This document shows positions 12,378 to 24,556 of a stretch of DNA of 64,000 nt, one piece after another. The notes under the pieces are model-generated. The model searched no databases and was not told the origin of the DNA. It saw nothing but the letters and a program-made list of their open reading frames with translations. Source of the stretch: Tricharina praecox (lineage: Eukaryota); assembly GCF_024521635.1 (NCBI RefSeq), contig NW_026250409.1, positions 558,001 through 622,000 on the forward strand. The letters are read 5' to 3'. A program made the translations under genes and the position numbers. How positions within the stretch are numbered: the stretch's first letter is position 1; each line of letters starts with the position of its first letter.

Positions 12378-13453
12378 ATGGTCAACCACACAATCATGAT
12401 GAATGCCATGATAGGCTTGCATGCGTTCCATGGCGTATGGTCGATAGTTATCATGGGAGTGATCGGCGCTAGCATGACACAGACGGGATCCGCGAGCGGA
12501 GCGGCAAGATTCATGTTCGCGATGGTAAATTTTGCTCGCGATGGTTGTCGGTGGAATGCAGGGCTGATGATGGCGAACACAGTGCTGGCTGAACATACCT
12601 ACGTTGATATACCTCACCATGTCGCCGCGATTCCCGCGGACAAAGATTCTGGCGCATCCGTACTGGCTGATGGGCATGAACACCATATACAGTGTATGTT
12701 GTTCTTCGGGTCAATGAGGTTGGGATTCGCTCGTGGCTGACTTCCTTGCGTAACTAGATCTTGTGGTTTGCTGCGTTCGTCTCTCTCGCCGTTTACACGA
12801 ACGGTGGAATCAGCGACGGAGAATCGAAGGAGACCGATGAGAACAAGAAGAAGGCGGGTGGATGCGCCGTCTTTCAGGCCGGTACGGGAGAGACGGAGAA
12901 GGCATGTACGCTGAACAAGTCTAGTATTATTCTTGGCGTCTTCATGTGGTATGAGCTCCCTAAGGTCCCCCCATAGTCGAGGCCCATCTTACTAATTGAC
13001 CTGTCCATCAGGTTCGTATGGCTCGCAACTACCGGAATCGCTGGGTACGCCGCTTGGTACTTCAAGCAGCACACCATATCGCCGTTCGACGACTACAAGT
13101 CCCCGTCGCATGAGATCCAGGAAGCCACCCAGGCCGCGTTCTCGAGCAATGACGACTACGCGCCTCTCAACAGGACTACCCCCCACCAGCAAGAAGATTT
13201 TGACGAATACGATACCGAAGCTTCTCGTCCTCCCACTCACGGACGCAGTGGAAGCGTTGCCAGCTCGACATACAACAGCACATACTCGTATGGAGAAGCT
13301 GCTCACCCGGGAAGGCCACTCAGCTGGGCGGCCGAGCGCGAGCCATACGCTGGAATAGGCGGACACGCGCCAATCGCGCCTGCTCACGGCGATGCCATGA
13401 TGCCCGATATTCCGGACGACTACAGCTACCGGGGGGGAGGAGCTCGGGGATAA
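12378..13453 (+). CDS. MARVEL-domain four-TM membrane protein, 4 exons
   Basis: MVNHTIMM...ARFMFAM|CWLNIPTLIYLTMSPRFPRT..HPYW..NTIYS|ILWFAAFVSLAVYT...C...ACTLNKSSIILGVFMW|FVWLATTG...DDYSYRGGGARG*; GT-AG introns. Confidence 0.8.
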
Positions 13454-14331
13454 GGCAAAGCGACTGTCCAAGCAATTTCGTTATCCATCTGGGGGGATGC
13501 GTTTTTCCTACAAAAGTTCAATACCCTCCTTATTCGCGTTTGTGTACAAGTGATATTGTTGTTTGGGAGCTTTTTTTTTTTTTTTTTTTTTGCGACTGGG
13601 GTTTCTTTTGGTTGGTTGGGTATTTCCTATATCTTTTTCTTTTCTTTTTCGGACAGTCTGTGCTGTTGTCATTTTCATTCAATTCTCGTCACGATGTAAC
13701 ACCCTTTTCCATTGTTACTCCACATACCTGTTCGGCTCGTTATCCTGCCTGTGGGGGATACGCGGACTACTATTGGCAAAAATCGAATTTATAGACTTCC
13801 CAAATTACTGTCAGTTAAAGTTACAGTTAACGCCGTGTGAACCCTTTGTCGTGAGCATCCGTCTCGCTAGCCCATTTGGGAAGTTCTTTTGTCACCACTC
13901 ACCAGTGGGTTAATGTTTCACCGGGCGTATGTAGATCGGAAGAAAGTTCAAGTAAAGTTGGTGGTGGCTCGCTGGCTCGCCGGGTATTTTTTGGTGTGGC
14001 TTCGGAAGAGAAAAAGGAAAAATAAAGGTAGCATGGTCGGGAGCTCTATCCAATTTCGTCACAAGATTTTTTCGACCGACCGACGTGTGCATCCCCCATC
14101 CTCCGGCCTTCGGTGTCTTGCATTGTGTTCTGAGACATGGCGGATCCTTCAATACCAGCCCGCCAGCTAGGCAGAGCTGTCCTCGGTGTCCTGCCAGAGC
14201 TGCCTTTAAATGGGCCACCGGCCGCACCTTTTCACGATGGCTGTGTAGCTAGCTGTAGCCAGCTGTAGCCAGCAAGCGATAACGACCACGATCACGACCA
14301 CGACAACGACACTTCGCCGCCACCGCCACCC

Positions 14332-15900
14332 ATGGCCCCCTCGATCTCAACGCCCGTCTACTGCGCGCTCATAGCGGGCATCTACGGCGTCTACGCGCAC
14401 TTCGAGTTCTTTGGACTGACCTCGCCCCTGCCATGGTCGCAGCCGAAGCAGCCGCTGCTTTTGCACGCCTTCCTGCTACCACAAACCCTCCTCCTCGCGG
14501 CACTCTGCACGCCCCTCGCCCGTAAACCCGTCGCGGCCGTCTTCCTCCCCCCAATCCTCGCAAGCTTCTGGCACCTACTCGGCACCGGCGCCTCCAGCTC
14601 CGCATTCGGCTACGCCATCGGCACGGCAACGGCATTCATGCTCTTCAAGACCCTCGAGGTCCTCGTCTTCCGCGACGTGCGGGGCACTTACCGGCGGTAC
14701 CCCACCTGCGGCGGCGAGCATCGCCGCACGCACACCCCCGACGACGGCGAGGGCGACAGCGAAGCGTACCCCGCCACCATCTTCGCCCGCGCCACCTGGG
14801 CACTCGACCTGATGCACGCGCTGCGTGGGGTGGGCTGGAACTGGTGTGTGCGGCTGCCGGTATCGCGCCCGACGGGCTCGCGCACCCGCTGGCTGTTGCG
14901 GCGCGTAGCTCGCGGCGCAGCCATGCTCGCGTGGCTCGACGTGCTGGTGTGGTACGTGCGTGTCGTCGACCGCGGGTTTTTCGTGCCGCAGGGCGTGGCG
15001 ATGGGGTTCGAGCCCGGAGAAGGAGTGCCGTATCCAAGCCTGTTCGCGGGGTCCACGAAGCCGCTGATGACCTACCCCGTGCCGGCGGGGTTTCCGGCCA
15101 TGCCGGAGGGCGGGTGGGTGCGTGTGGTGTATGCGGCCGCGCTGCATGCCCTGCGCACGCTGCTGGGTGCGAGTGCTATGTACACCACCATCAGCGGGAT
15201 GTACACAGCTGTCGCGCTGCTCTGCGTGCTTTCGGGAGCGGTGCTCGGTTTGCCATACCCTCTTCCCTCGGGCTTCCCCGCGCGCTGGCTAGCGCCCGAA
15301 GCGTGGCCAGACGCGTTCGGGTCCTGGCGGGACGGGGATTTTGGCGCGGGCGTGCGCGGCTGGTGGGGTCGGGGGTGGCACGGTCTGTTCCGCTGCGCGT
15401 TTACGGCCCCCGCGGGGTGGCTGGTGCAGGAGCTGCGCCTCGCGCCATCGGGCGGCGTTGCAGCTCTGCTCTACGCTACGGTCCCGTTCGCTGCTAGTGC
15501 CGCACTGCATTTCGCCGGCTGCTGGACGCAGTCAAATGGCGGCTTCGGCGCAGCGAGATTCTTCCTCCTGCAGCCGCTGGGGATTTTGCTCGAAGCGGCG
15601 GTGGCTCGCGGCTGGCGCCGCGTGGGCGGGCATGTACCGTGGCTCGAGAAGGCGAGCCCATACGTCTGGACCACCGTGTGGATGTGTGTCACCAGCACCA
15701 GCTTCTTTGAGGACTACCGTTGGGGCGGCGTGTGGACTGTCGAGCCGATCCCGTTCAGCGTCATCCGGGGACGCACGGATCTGTGGGTTAGCAAGCAGGA
15801 CAGTGGGTGGTTGGTTAGGTGGGTCGACAGCGCGGAGCAGGGCGGCGTTATGGGAAGTTGGGGGGTGTTGCTTGGTGGCGGTGCTGCGGCTGGGAAGTAG
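14332..15900 (+). CDS. Membrane-bound O-acyltransferase (MBOAT_2/wax synthase, Tri7-like)
   Basis: Single 522-aa hydrophobic ORF with RGVGWNW, WPDAFG, VRGWWGRGWHGLFR, SAALH and FFLLQPLGILLE motifs. Confidence 0.85.
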   Translation: MAPSISTPVYCALIAGIYGVYAHFEFFGLTSPLPWSQPKQPLLLHAFLLPQTLLLAALCTPLARKPVAAVFLPPILASFWHLLGTGASSSAFGYAIGTATAFMLFKTLEVLVFRDVRGTYRRYPTCGGEHRRTHTPDDGEGDSEAYPATIFARATWALDLMHALRGVGWNWCVRLPVSRPTGSRTRWLLRRVARGAAMLAWLDVLVWYVRVVDRGFFVPQGVAMGFEPGEGVPYPSLFAGSTKPLMTYPVPAGFPAMPEGGWVRVVYAAALHALRTLLGASAMYTTISGMYTAVALLCVLSGAVLGLPYPLPSGFPARWLAPEAWPDAFGSWRDGDFGAGVRGWWGRGWHGLFRCAFTAPAGWLVQELRLAPSGGVAALLYATVPFAASAALHFAGCWTQSNGGFGAARFFLLQPLGILLEAAVARGWRRVGGHVPWLEKASPYVWTTVWMCVTSTSFFEDYRWGGVWTVEPIPFSVIRGRTDLWVSKQDSGWLVRWVDSAEQGGVMGSWGVLLGGGAAAGK

Positions 15901-16449
15901 AGTGGGCGAGTGATGGGTCGGTGATGGGATTGGATGGGATAAGGATTATTAGACGCTGTAGCGGTTACGATATGATAAGTGGAACCCCGCCTACCCCCAC
16001 CTTTTTGTTTCGTTCGCCAGCCCAAAGCCCCGCAGCGCTGATCATGTGTGAGATCCTGCTTGGGGATTGGCCAGCCCTGCGCCCTGCGCCCTGTGCCCTG
16101 TATGTACCCACCTGTAAGCTGTAGGCTGTAGGCTGTATACATATCGAACGGAGCACGGTAGGTACCTAGCTGCATTGGACATCAAACATCTTCACGATTG
16201 GCCCCTCCGTTTGACATCCAGGAACCCCACTAAAACCACACCACGACCTGGTGAGATCGCCATGCCAGTATGAAGTATGCATACCTCGTATATACATTGT
16301 ATTCTATTCTATTCATTCAATCGATACCGTACTTTACTATATGTACCTACGAAAGAAAGGAAAAGAGAAAATGGAAGAGAAAGAGAAAAGAGAAAGAAGC
16401 AGATACTAGTAGATGGTAAACATTCTTGTGAACATACAGCTCATATACA

Positions 16450-16552
16450 TCCATCCATCGATCCGTCCACCATCCTTCCATCCATCGATCCTTCCATCCA
16501 TCCATCCACTTCAACTTCCACTTCAACTTCAACCTCAACTTCAACTTCAACT
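16450..16552. repeat. Compound microsatellite (CCAT)n followed by (CAACTT)n
   Basis: Read directly; lies between two convergent genes. Confidence 0.8.
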
Positions 16553-16800
16553 CCACATCTCAGCCCCCCCAAAGCCACGGCAAACAGGAAAAGTAAAGTA
16601 ACAGGAAAAGTAACACCCTAACACCTCGAAGCATAAGCGTAACGAAAAACGGAAGAGAAAAAAAACAAGATCCCTCAACATGACAGACAGACATGCACAA
16701 ACAAACAAAGAAAAGTAAAAAAAAAAAAGATATCATCCCATCTACATACAAGCTCTATATCAACACCAGCAGCTAGCAGCAAGCAGCAAGCAGCAGCAGA

Positions 16801-18486
16801 CTATAGCGCCACGCCCCTGCCGGCCACAGCCTCGAGCGCTCCATCGACTGCCTTCTCCATCTCGCGCACCCGCTCCCTCAACCACCGATTCTCCATGCGG
16901 ACGTTCTCGACATCTCCCCAGTTACCCTGTTGCTGCTGCCGTCCCTTAAAGAATCCCCACACGCCCGGTTTCGACGCGGGGACGCTGTTGCGGTTGTTAT
17001 TGGTGTTGTTGGTGTTGGTGTTGTTGTCAGGACTCCACGCCTCTCGTAGCGGGGTGGGGTTTTTAGTTTCCGCGCCCTGCGCCGCCGCCGCTTGGTGGCG
17101 ACAACTCTCGCATTCGTGGTGGGGGTGGGGTTGGGGGTGGTCGGGTTCTTCGTCGACCTCTTCGGTCGGGGAGACGACGGTGCTCGCCCTGGCATCGCTG
17201 CGGGAAAGGATTGAAATCGAATCCACATCGCTCTCGAAGCCCGAGTCGGAGGCGGCTGAGGTGCGTTTGCTACTCGGACAGCGCATTCTACGGGGCGACA
17301 GCCGCAGCTCGTCGTCTGCCGTTTCGCGCTTCCGGCGCTCCTGTTGCAGCTCGCTTTCCAACTCCGCTATCCGCTTCTGCTGCTCCGCCAGCCGTGCGGC
17401 TGTCTCGCGCTCCTCGGTGATGAAGCTGTCGAGTTGCGTTTTGAGACTGGCGTGCAGCGTTTGATGGCTGATGATATCGTCCTTGCTGTTTTCCAGGTCG
17501 CCCAGGGCGTCGCCGAGGGATATGGTGCGGGCGCGGTACGCAGTGTAGACGCGGTTGAGGAGGTCGGTTGCCGTGGCGACGGCCTCTTCCAGACGGCGTT
17601 CCGGGGTGCGTTTGAGCGCGTCGGCGGGGGAGCTCGGAGTTTCGTTTGGGTTTGGCTCCGTCAGGAAGCCGGTCATCAGTGAGGCGAAGGAGAGGCCGGC
17701 GAACTCATCGATTATGTCGGTGCTCTGGATCGTCCGCGAGTTGCGGGGCGACGCCGTGGACGGAAGCTTGAAGCCGAAGAATCCCCCCCCTTTTACTGAC
17801 GGGGCGGATGAGCCGTCGGGTGTCTTGAACATGTTGGCAAGGAGCGTTGCGGCGGCGCCGGGCCGCGGGCTGGGAGATGGAGTCGTGGGTGTGATTGTCG
17901 ACGGCGATTTCTCTGCACCTCCTGGAAGGCCTAGGGGCGATGACAGTGAACGTGCTGCGATCCGGGCGAGCGGCGACGCTAGGATAGATAGACGGCTCGG
18001 GGAAGGATCTCTGCTGCGATGCGGGCTCGTTGCGGTGATAGTTGAGGAGTTGTCGGTAAGCTCTGAAGGTCGAGGGGGTAGACGATGGTATGAGGGAAGA
18101 AGAAGCAGGTCCAAGTCGGGGAAGTTGACATTATCCAATGCGCCCTGTCCGTGTGGTGTGGTAGCAGTGGTGGTGGTTGCGGTGGTAGTGGTGGTGGTAG
18201 TGCTGCTGGTGCTGCTGGTGCTGCTGCCGTTCCAGGATCCACCGCGGCCACATATTGACCTTGGGGTGCTTGGCCGCGTTGAGGGAGGGGTTTCACCAGC
18301 CCAAGGATCGCCACACCCATGCTGAGTGTGCGGCACTATCTGAAATGAAGCCTTTGAACCTTCGCCGGCGGAGGCGGCGGAGGCGGCGGGAGGGGATGGA
18401 GGGGGTGGAGAAAGCCGGACCGAGGGTGGTCGCCCGTAGCTATTGAGGTTGAAGTTGATGACAGGAGTTGAAGGTCGTGACGCCAT
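16801..18486 (-). CDS. Ser/Pro/Thr-rich protein with coiled coils, unknown function (5' end uncertain)
   Basis: ~560-aa open frame with heptad segments (LEEAVATATDLLNRVYTAYRART..., ENRWLRERVREMEKAVDGALE) and an SDSGFESD motif. Confidence 0.75.
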   Translation of the reverse strand: MASRPSTPVINFNLNSYGRPPSVRLSPPPPSPPAASAASAGEGSKASFQIVPHTQHGCGDPWAGETPPSTRPSTPRSICGRGGSWNGSSTSSTSSTTTTTTTATTTTATTPHGQGALDNVNFPDLDLLLLPSYHRLPPRPSELTDNSSTITATSPHRSRDPSPSRLSILASPLARIAARSLSSPLGLPGGAEKSPSTITPTTPSPSPRPGAAATLLANMFKTPDGSSAPSVKGGGFFGFKLPSTASPRNSRTIQSTDIIDEFAGLSFASLMTGFLTEPNPNETPSSPADALKRTPERRLEEAVATATDLLNRVYTAYRARTISLGDALGDLENSKDDIISHQTLHASLKTQLDSFITEERETAARLAEQQKRIAELESELQQERRKRETADDELRLSPRRMRCPSSKRTSAASDSGFESDVDSISILSRSDARASTVVSPTEEVDEEPDHPQPHPHHECESCRHQAAAAQGAETKNPTPLREAWSPDNNTNTNNTNNNRNSVPASKPGVWGFFKGRQQQQGNWGDVENVRMENRWLRERVREMEKAVDGALEAVAGRGVAL

Positions 18487-21400
18487 GGAATGCAAGCGTC
18501 AACCGCACTTGTTCTTCTCCGTCTTCTTCTCTGTCTTGTTCTGTGCGATCTTCTCCTTCTTCGCAGTTTTCTTCTTCACGGCCTTCTTCTTTCTTGCTCT
18601 TGATCTCGCCGGCCTGAGGACTTGAGCTGTAAACGGATCGATTTGGGATAGGTATCCGAGCGTCGCTGGTCAGTGTGGATAGCCAGGTGCCTCCTTGGGT
18701 GCCGTGCTCGTGCCTGTGCCTGAGCCTGTGCCTGAGCCTATGCCTGTGCTTGTGCCTGTTTCCTTTCACAGCAGTGCGCCCCGGTAGAATCGGCTACCTA
18801 CCCTATGTCCGTCACCTGGCTAAGCGCTGGCAGAAATCCCCCACAAGAAAGCCGAGGAGAGTGGGATAGGTCGTAGAATAGCGAAGCGACGAAGCCAGAA
18901 GCTGGGGCTGCCAGCTGGGGTGGAATGTTTGACGTATGTAGGCAGGTACAACGCAGACGAGACAGGCCAATGAATCGATCTAGCGGGGATGTCGGGAGAC
19001 GGCGTTGGAGATGGAAGCCTAGGTAGATTCGGTTTCGGGGACCGTAGTAAAAGACCAGGTATGTATCGGTATGATGGTAAAGGAGTTGATTTTCCCAGTT
19101 GCAAAGGTCTTTCCGGTCGTCGGGGCGGTAGGAGGTGCGAACGTATTGCTATTGTTAGAGGTGTTTACGGTGTGGATGTGGAGAGACAAGAATGTGGACG
19201 TTGCAGCTATGTACGATCTGTTGGAGGCCAGGTTTCTATGCTCTCGTGGTCGTCATGATGGTCGATAGGTAGAGTACATACCAAGGTACTTGGGTGCTAT
19301 AGAAGTGCAGTGTCAACCATCAAGCACCTGCGCGTGCGAATGGGCTGGCTTGATCCAACTGTTCCGCCTGAGTATCTGCATGCAGTCTTGAAGGGTTGGT
19401 CTTGCTCGGGTTTTTTTTTTCTCTCTTGCTTTATCTTGGACACATCACCACACTGTCCGCTGTGCACTGTGCAGGTGTTTACTGTACCTTTGACCGCCTT
19501 CAGAGACAGCCACATGCCAGACAGACAGTCATTGCCGTCTCCGTAGCAACAGGATCCATAAGAGCGACAACAACGCCAACAACAGCCCTACGACTTTATG
19601 CCACCAAACGCCCACGATATCCAACAGCAATTTCGTTTCTCTCTCTCTCTCTCTGTCTCTGTTTCCGTCCGACTATTCGGGCGCAGACACCATCGCGTGC
19701 TTCCTATGTATCAGTGCTTGAGTCTTACGCACATGCCTGTTTTGGGGAGCTGCCGTGCCGAGCCTAGAGTCCCAGAGTATGTATGTAGACGGTGATGGAC
19801 GGGACATGAACGCGCCGCGCAGTGCGCTATCCGCAACGGTGCTGAAGCCGATGCTATCTAAAGCGGTGCATAAGGCCGATGGTCGGTAGGTTGCTTGCCT
19901 GCGCTCGGACGCGCCGCTGACGAAGGCTCGAAAGAAGAGAAAGCTGACAGCCGGATCGAGGCTATCCGGCTAGCTGTGTACCTAGCTAAGGCCAGTGGAA
20001 CCTCCGAGCCTACAAATCTTCAGATGTACCGTACATATATACCGCGTGGAGCCGGGCTTCTGGCCGGCTTTGCGTGTTGGAAAAGCCCAAACATAATGGA
20101 CATACGGCGTGCCGCCTTTGGAGTAGTGGTGGTTGCCGGAGCGTATGGTAAAGAGGAAGGAACGCGTGTGCTCGGAACGGCTTCTTGCTCGGAACACAAA
20201 GCCCGGAATTCGCACCATACATACAGACTACTGGCGAGGCCCGGGAGTCGGCCAGATCTTGACGACGACGATCGACTGGATCCGAGCTGCAAGCACGGTG
20301 CTGAGCATGAGAGAAAGCGGCGAGCTGTGCTAGGTATACCAAAGCTAGTTGCGCCAAACTGCATGATGTTTAACTGTCATCTCATCGACAGACGTCCGCT
20401 CAATGTCAGTAGAGTACAGGCCAAGATACTTCGCTCCCTCATACCGGTAGTTGCCTTACTCTTCCGCTAATGAAAATACCAGTCTGTCCCTTCCCGGATC
20501 TGGACTCTGAAGGTTGAAATGATCACGAGTTTTGCGCCTTGTTCGTCTTGTTCGCCGCACAATCTCTCATCTCTCATCGCCCAGATGATCAAGTTATGGA
20601 CAACGAACATTGGCAGATGAATTTCCTCCCCTCAAGAGTGAAGGCGAGCTTGAATGCATGCATGCAAATGTCCCAGGAAAGTTCGACCGTTGATTGGGAT
20701 TCAACAACTCCACACAATTCTCTCGGAGGTACTTTGTTGAAGGGGCTGCAGGCTGTGGTTATGGCTCCGTCGAGGGATACCTATCGAGGGGAGCCTGGTC
20801 GGAGGGAGGTGTTTGATGGATGGGGATTTAACAAGTGCCCGCCGTACAGCTTCGGGCGCAAGTGGACGGCAAGATCCATAATCCATAATCCATTCGGTGA
20901 ATGAGCGAGAGCGTGGCTTCTTCGAAAGAAGCCAAGGTGATACCATGTATGCTCCATGTGATTGGATTTACCTCTATATATGAGAAATCTCGACAAGCTC
21001 AAAGGATGTTTGACCACTCTAATAGACGAACAGAAAGAAAGTTACTATCGATAAGGGCTTCGGTAGCCTGCAGATGTATATCTAGAAGGCTGATCTACTT
21101 TAATCCAACCGTACATACGAGAACCGACTTCCGGACCGACTTCCTGCTTCCTGTCGATTCTCCTCTCGTTTCGGCTCGGGCCGGTCGACGGTCCCCCCCA
21201 CGCTGTGAGCAGTCCGCAGTGATGGTCAATATCCTACCTGTGAACCGCCGGATTACACATACGGACTGAGTGCATTTGCGGCAAGGACTTACCTACAAGG
21301 TACCTATACCTTCATTTCAGGAACTTGTTTTTTACAAGCCCGAGCTGCGAAGCTGTGGATCTTGAAGGGGGGAGGGAGTGACTTCGTGAGCGAGCGAGCG

Positions 21401-21728
21401 TGGTGGGAAAAGACTGAAGGATGGACATTGGAGTGCACGCAATTGCCATCATACAGTCATCGTAACTAGTTCGGACAACTTCGGAAGGAGCTCTCAGAGT
21501 CCGAAGCGTGCCTTCGAAGGTCGTCCCTGTAATCACTGTTGATCACCGTTGATCACCGTTGACTACTCTATGCGGGAGCTCGTTACCATCCTGGCGTTGA
21601 AGGAGTCGCAAACTACCGTGATCCGTGTTCACTTTTCACCATACCTCACACACTCGTGAAAATCATGTCATCATTCTAAAACTGCCTATCTGTATCTTTC
21701 CTGCGTTACGATCTACCTAGTACTCTAT

Positions 21729-22736
21729 CTATTCCCCCAGAATATCACTCAACCAGCTCCCACAGAGCTCAGCCATGACCTCGCCATGGTGAATACAGAA
21801 CCCATGTGGCAACCCCCTCTCCTCAAGCACCACGCGTGCGCCACCTCCCTTCCCATTCCCCCTCATCTCCAAGATCTCCTCTCTAGTCTTCTCGGCGACC
21901 CACCAATCCCCTTGGCCAAACACAAACACCATCCCGCCCTTCCCCGCCTCCGCCCCTCCAATTCCGCCCGCATTCCACACCTCCTCGCCCCACCTATCCT
22001 GATCGATAACTTCCATCTCCTCCGCAGCGAGCCTGATCGTCTGTCTTAGGACACTCGGATCAGCGACCAACACGGCGGTAACACCAGCGGCCTCTCTAGT
22101 CTGTCCCGTAACCCCCCTCACCACGCCCCTTACCACGCCCACCGGCAACCACGAAGCGGCGTACGCCCCCCACCCCGCCGCCGCCTGCACCAGCTTACTC
22201 CGCAGGAACGGCGCCATGGCGCGGCCCTGCGGCGAGCGCGCGATATGCATGACGGTTGGGAACAGCATTATTCCGCCGACTATGCGCAGCTCGTCTGCCG
22301 GCGTGCACTGCAGCGACGAGATCAGCTCCAGCGAGAGGTACGCGCCCATCGAGTGCGCCATTAGCAGCACGCGGCGCGGGGAACCGTCTGCACAGGCGGG
22401 GAGCACAGACATGGCGTGCGATAGCAAAGTGCGCTTTAGTGAGACTTGCATGGACAGGTCAAATGGGCCGGGTCCCCACGTCCATGCCCACGACGCGCTG
22501 TGCCGTGTCGACGATGCGGTCGGCGTGAACCCCGCGTGCGACGCGCCGAGGATGGTTAGGTGCGGGTGCAGTGTGTGGAGCGTTGAGAGGAAGGTGCGGT
22601 AGTAGTTTATTAGCCCGGGGTTGCCCGGGAGGAAGAGGAGCAGCGGCGCGGTCGAGGCATTGTGGGTTGCGGGGTAGTAGAGTGTGTCAGTTGGTGGGAA
22701 CGAGGCGGGGAGCGGGAAGGGCGTTGGTTCGGACAT
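21729..22736 (-). CDS. Lipid droplet-associated hydrolase (LDAH/DUF2305 alpha/beta hydrolase)
   Basis: LFLPGNPGLINYY, SHAGF, nucleophile motif AHSMGAY, LFPT, FGQGDWWV, PHGFCI. Confidence 0.88.
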   Translation of the reverse strand: MSEPTPFPLPASFPPTDTLYYPATHNASTAPLLLFLPGNPGLINYYRTFLSTLHTLHPHLTILGASHAGFTPTASSTRHSASWAWTWGPGPFDLSMQVSLKRTLLSHAMSVLPACADGSPRRVLLMAHSMGAYLSLELISSLQCTPADELRIVGGIMLFPTVMHIARSPQGRAMAPFLRSKLVQAAAGWGAYAASWLPVGVVRGVVRGVTGQTREAAGVTAVLVADPSVLRQTIRLAAEEMEVIDQDRWGEEVWNAGGIGGAEAGKGGMVFVFGQGDWWVAEKTREEILEMRGNGKGGGARVVLEERGLPHGFCIHHGEVMAELCGSWLSDILGE

Positions 22737-23010
22737 CGTGTCGTAACTACCAGTACAATCGCGTGTCCTGGAGACACTCGACGCGAAACGGCGGTAGGTC
22801 TAGTATGGGTCACGTGAACACGGTCCCTGCTACATAGCGGTTCAGTGCTGGCAAAATCATCAACGAAAGAAACTGGTGGTCCTTATAAACTCGTAAAAAA
22901 GCCCTAATGGGTCATCTTCTAGATAATCGAGCTCACGGTATATACATACGTGCACGCACACCTGCAGTGCATCTGGCAGTAACGAGATGTTTTGGATGTT
23001 ACCGCAGCAG

Positions 23011-24556
23011 CTACTCCTCCTCTCCGAAGGGATAGTTAAACTTCAGCAACCCGTTCAGGCCGCCGACCCAACCATCCCCCGCCGAGGGCGTCCCTAGCCT
23101 TTTAACGCAAGGAATCCCGCCTTCGCCGCTCCCCTTCGCCAGCGACTCCAACCACACCCTGACCTCTTGTCCGGGGCCCAGCCCGCCCCACCTCCTGCCG
23201 TCCACACTGACCTCGACCTCCCTACCTCTATTCCTCTCGCTCAGCTTCAGCGTGATCTTTGCGTCCTCCGGCAGCACGAGCGGGCGGAAACTCAGACTCC
23301 TTGGGCAGATGGGGGTCAGCAGCAGCGACGGCACGGACGGATGCAGGATGCTGCCGCCGGAAGAGAGCGAGTACGCGGTGGACCCCGTCGGCGTCGACAC
23401 GATGATCCCGTCGGCCACCGCCTCCGTCAGGAAATGCGAGTCGATGTACACCTCGAGGATCGCCAGGTGCGGCTCTCGGCCCCGGTGGATGGACAGCTCG
23501 TTCATGGCGTGCGCATCCTCGATGCCCTCGTACTCGCCCCACTCGCCGCCGATCCTTTCCCCGTTTGCGCCGAACACGCCGGCCTTCAACCGGTTCCGCT
23601 GGAGCACGCGGACGGTGGAGGACGGCGAGGTTTCGGTAGTACTACTACTGGCGTTCGAGCCCCGCAGCGCCGCAAATGCCGCCTTGTATTCGGCCCATTT
23701 GAATTCCCCCAGGAATCCGAGCGTGCCCATGGCGAACGCCAGGACCGGCGGCACAGCGCGGCTGGTGGAGAAGAGCGATGCCGCGTGGAGTATCGTGCCG
23801 TCGCCGCCCAGCGTCACGAGGATGTCGGTTTTCCGATGGTACGGATTCGTCTGCAGCTCGACGGAGGCGAAGGATTCGGGCCCCGCTGCGGCCCCGTCAT
23901 TGCCGTCCCCCTCTCCCGGCTCGGAGTCGTATCCGGCCGGGCGGATGCGCGGGTACTGGTAGTGGTGCGGTGTGCGGGGGTATGTGGACTGGGTGAACGG
24001 GAACGGCGTCGATCGTGACGGGGGAGGGATCGCGAACACGGGGAAGGGCAGACGGTAGTGCAGATTCGCGGCGACCGTCGGCTCGAGGATGATGTTCGTC
24101 GAGGGGTACGTAGCTTTGAGATGTCTGCACTTCCGCCATCAGCGTCAGTCTCTCGTACGCTCGCTCACAAGCCGGAACTAAATAATAGATGGACGTTGTT
24201 CGAGTCACACTGTGCGAATTCAACCACTGCGTCGCCGACCGCCGCGACCCCCGGTTTCCGGATGATCATGACATTCCGGGGCTCCTGCTCCCATTGTAGC
24301 GAGAGGAGTTTACTATCGCTTCGTTCTGTCACAGGATTTCCAACCGTTATCACCAAAAGCACCCAGAAGCTCGAGCGTCGGCGATGGGATTCATACTAGT
24401 GTACGTGGGGCGGATTCGCTCCGGCAGTTGGTGGATAGAAAGAACCTCCTGCTTGCGATAGCTGGCCGAAAACCACCGTCTGCTGTTCTCGCATATTCGG
24501 GTTCGTAGGCGCGGCGCTATAGTTGGCATCGTCGTGGGCAATGGCAAGATGGGCAT
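23011..24556 (-). CDS. POS5: Mitochondrial NADH/NAD kinase (Pos5-like), 3 exons
   Basis: Arg-rich presequence (RRWFSAS); VTLGGDGTILH, MGTLGFL, MNE, ADGIIVSTPTGSTAYSLSSGG, TPICPRSLSFRP; ends LLKFNYPFG. Confidence 0.9.

Noticed and set aside
19895..20470. 191-aa ORF
   Set aside because: Non-ATG start, no recognisable motif or coding-like composition.
14332..24556. Secondary-metabolite cluster (MBOAT acyltransferase, hydrolase, nearby tyrosinase)
   Set aside because: No PKS/NRPS/terpene backbone gene, and the neighbours are housekeeping genes.
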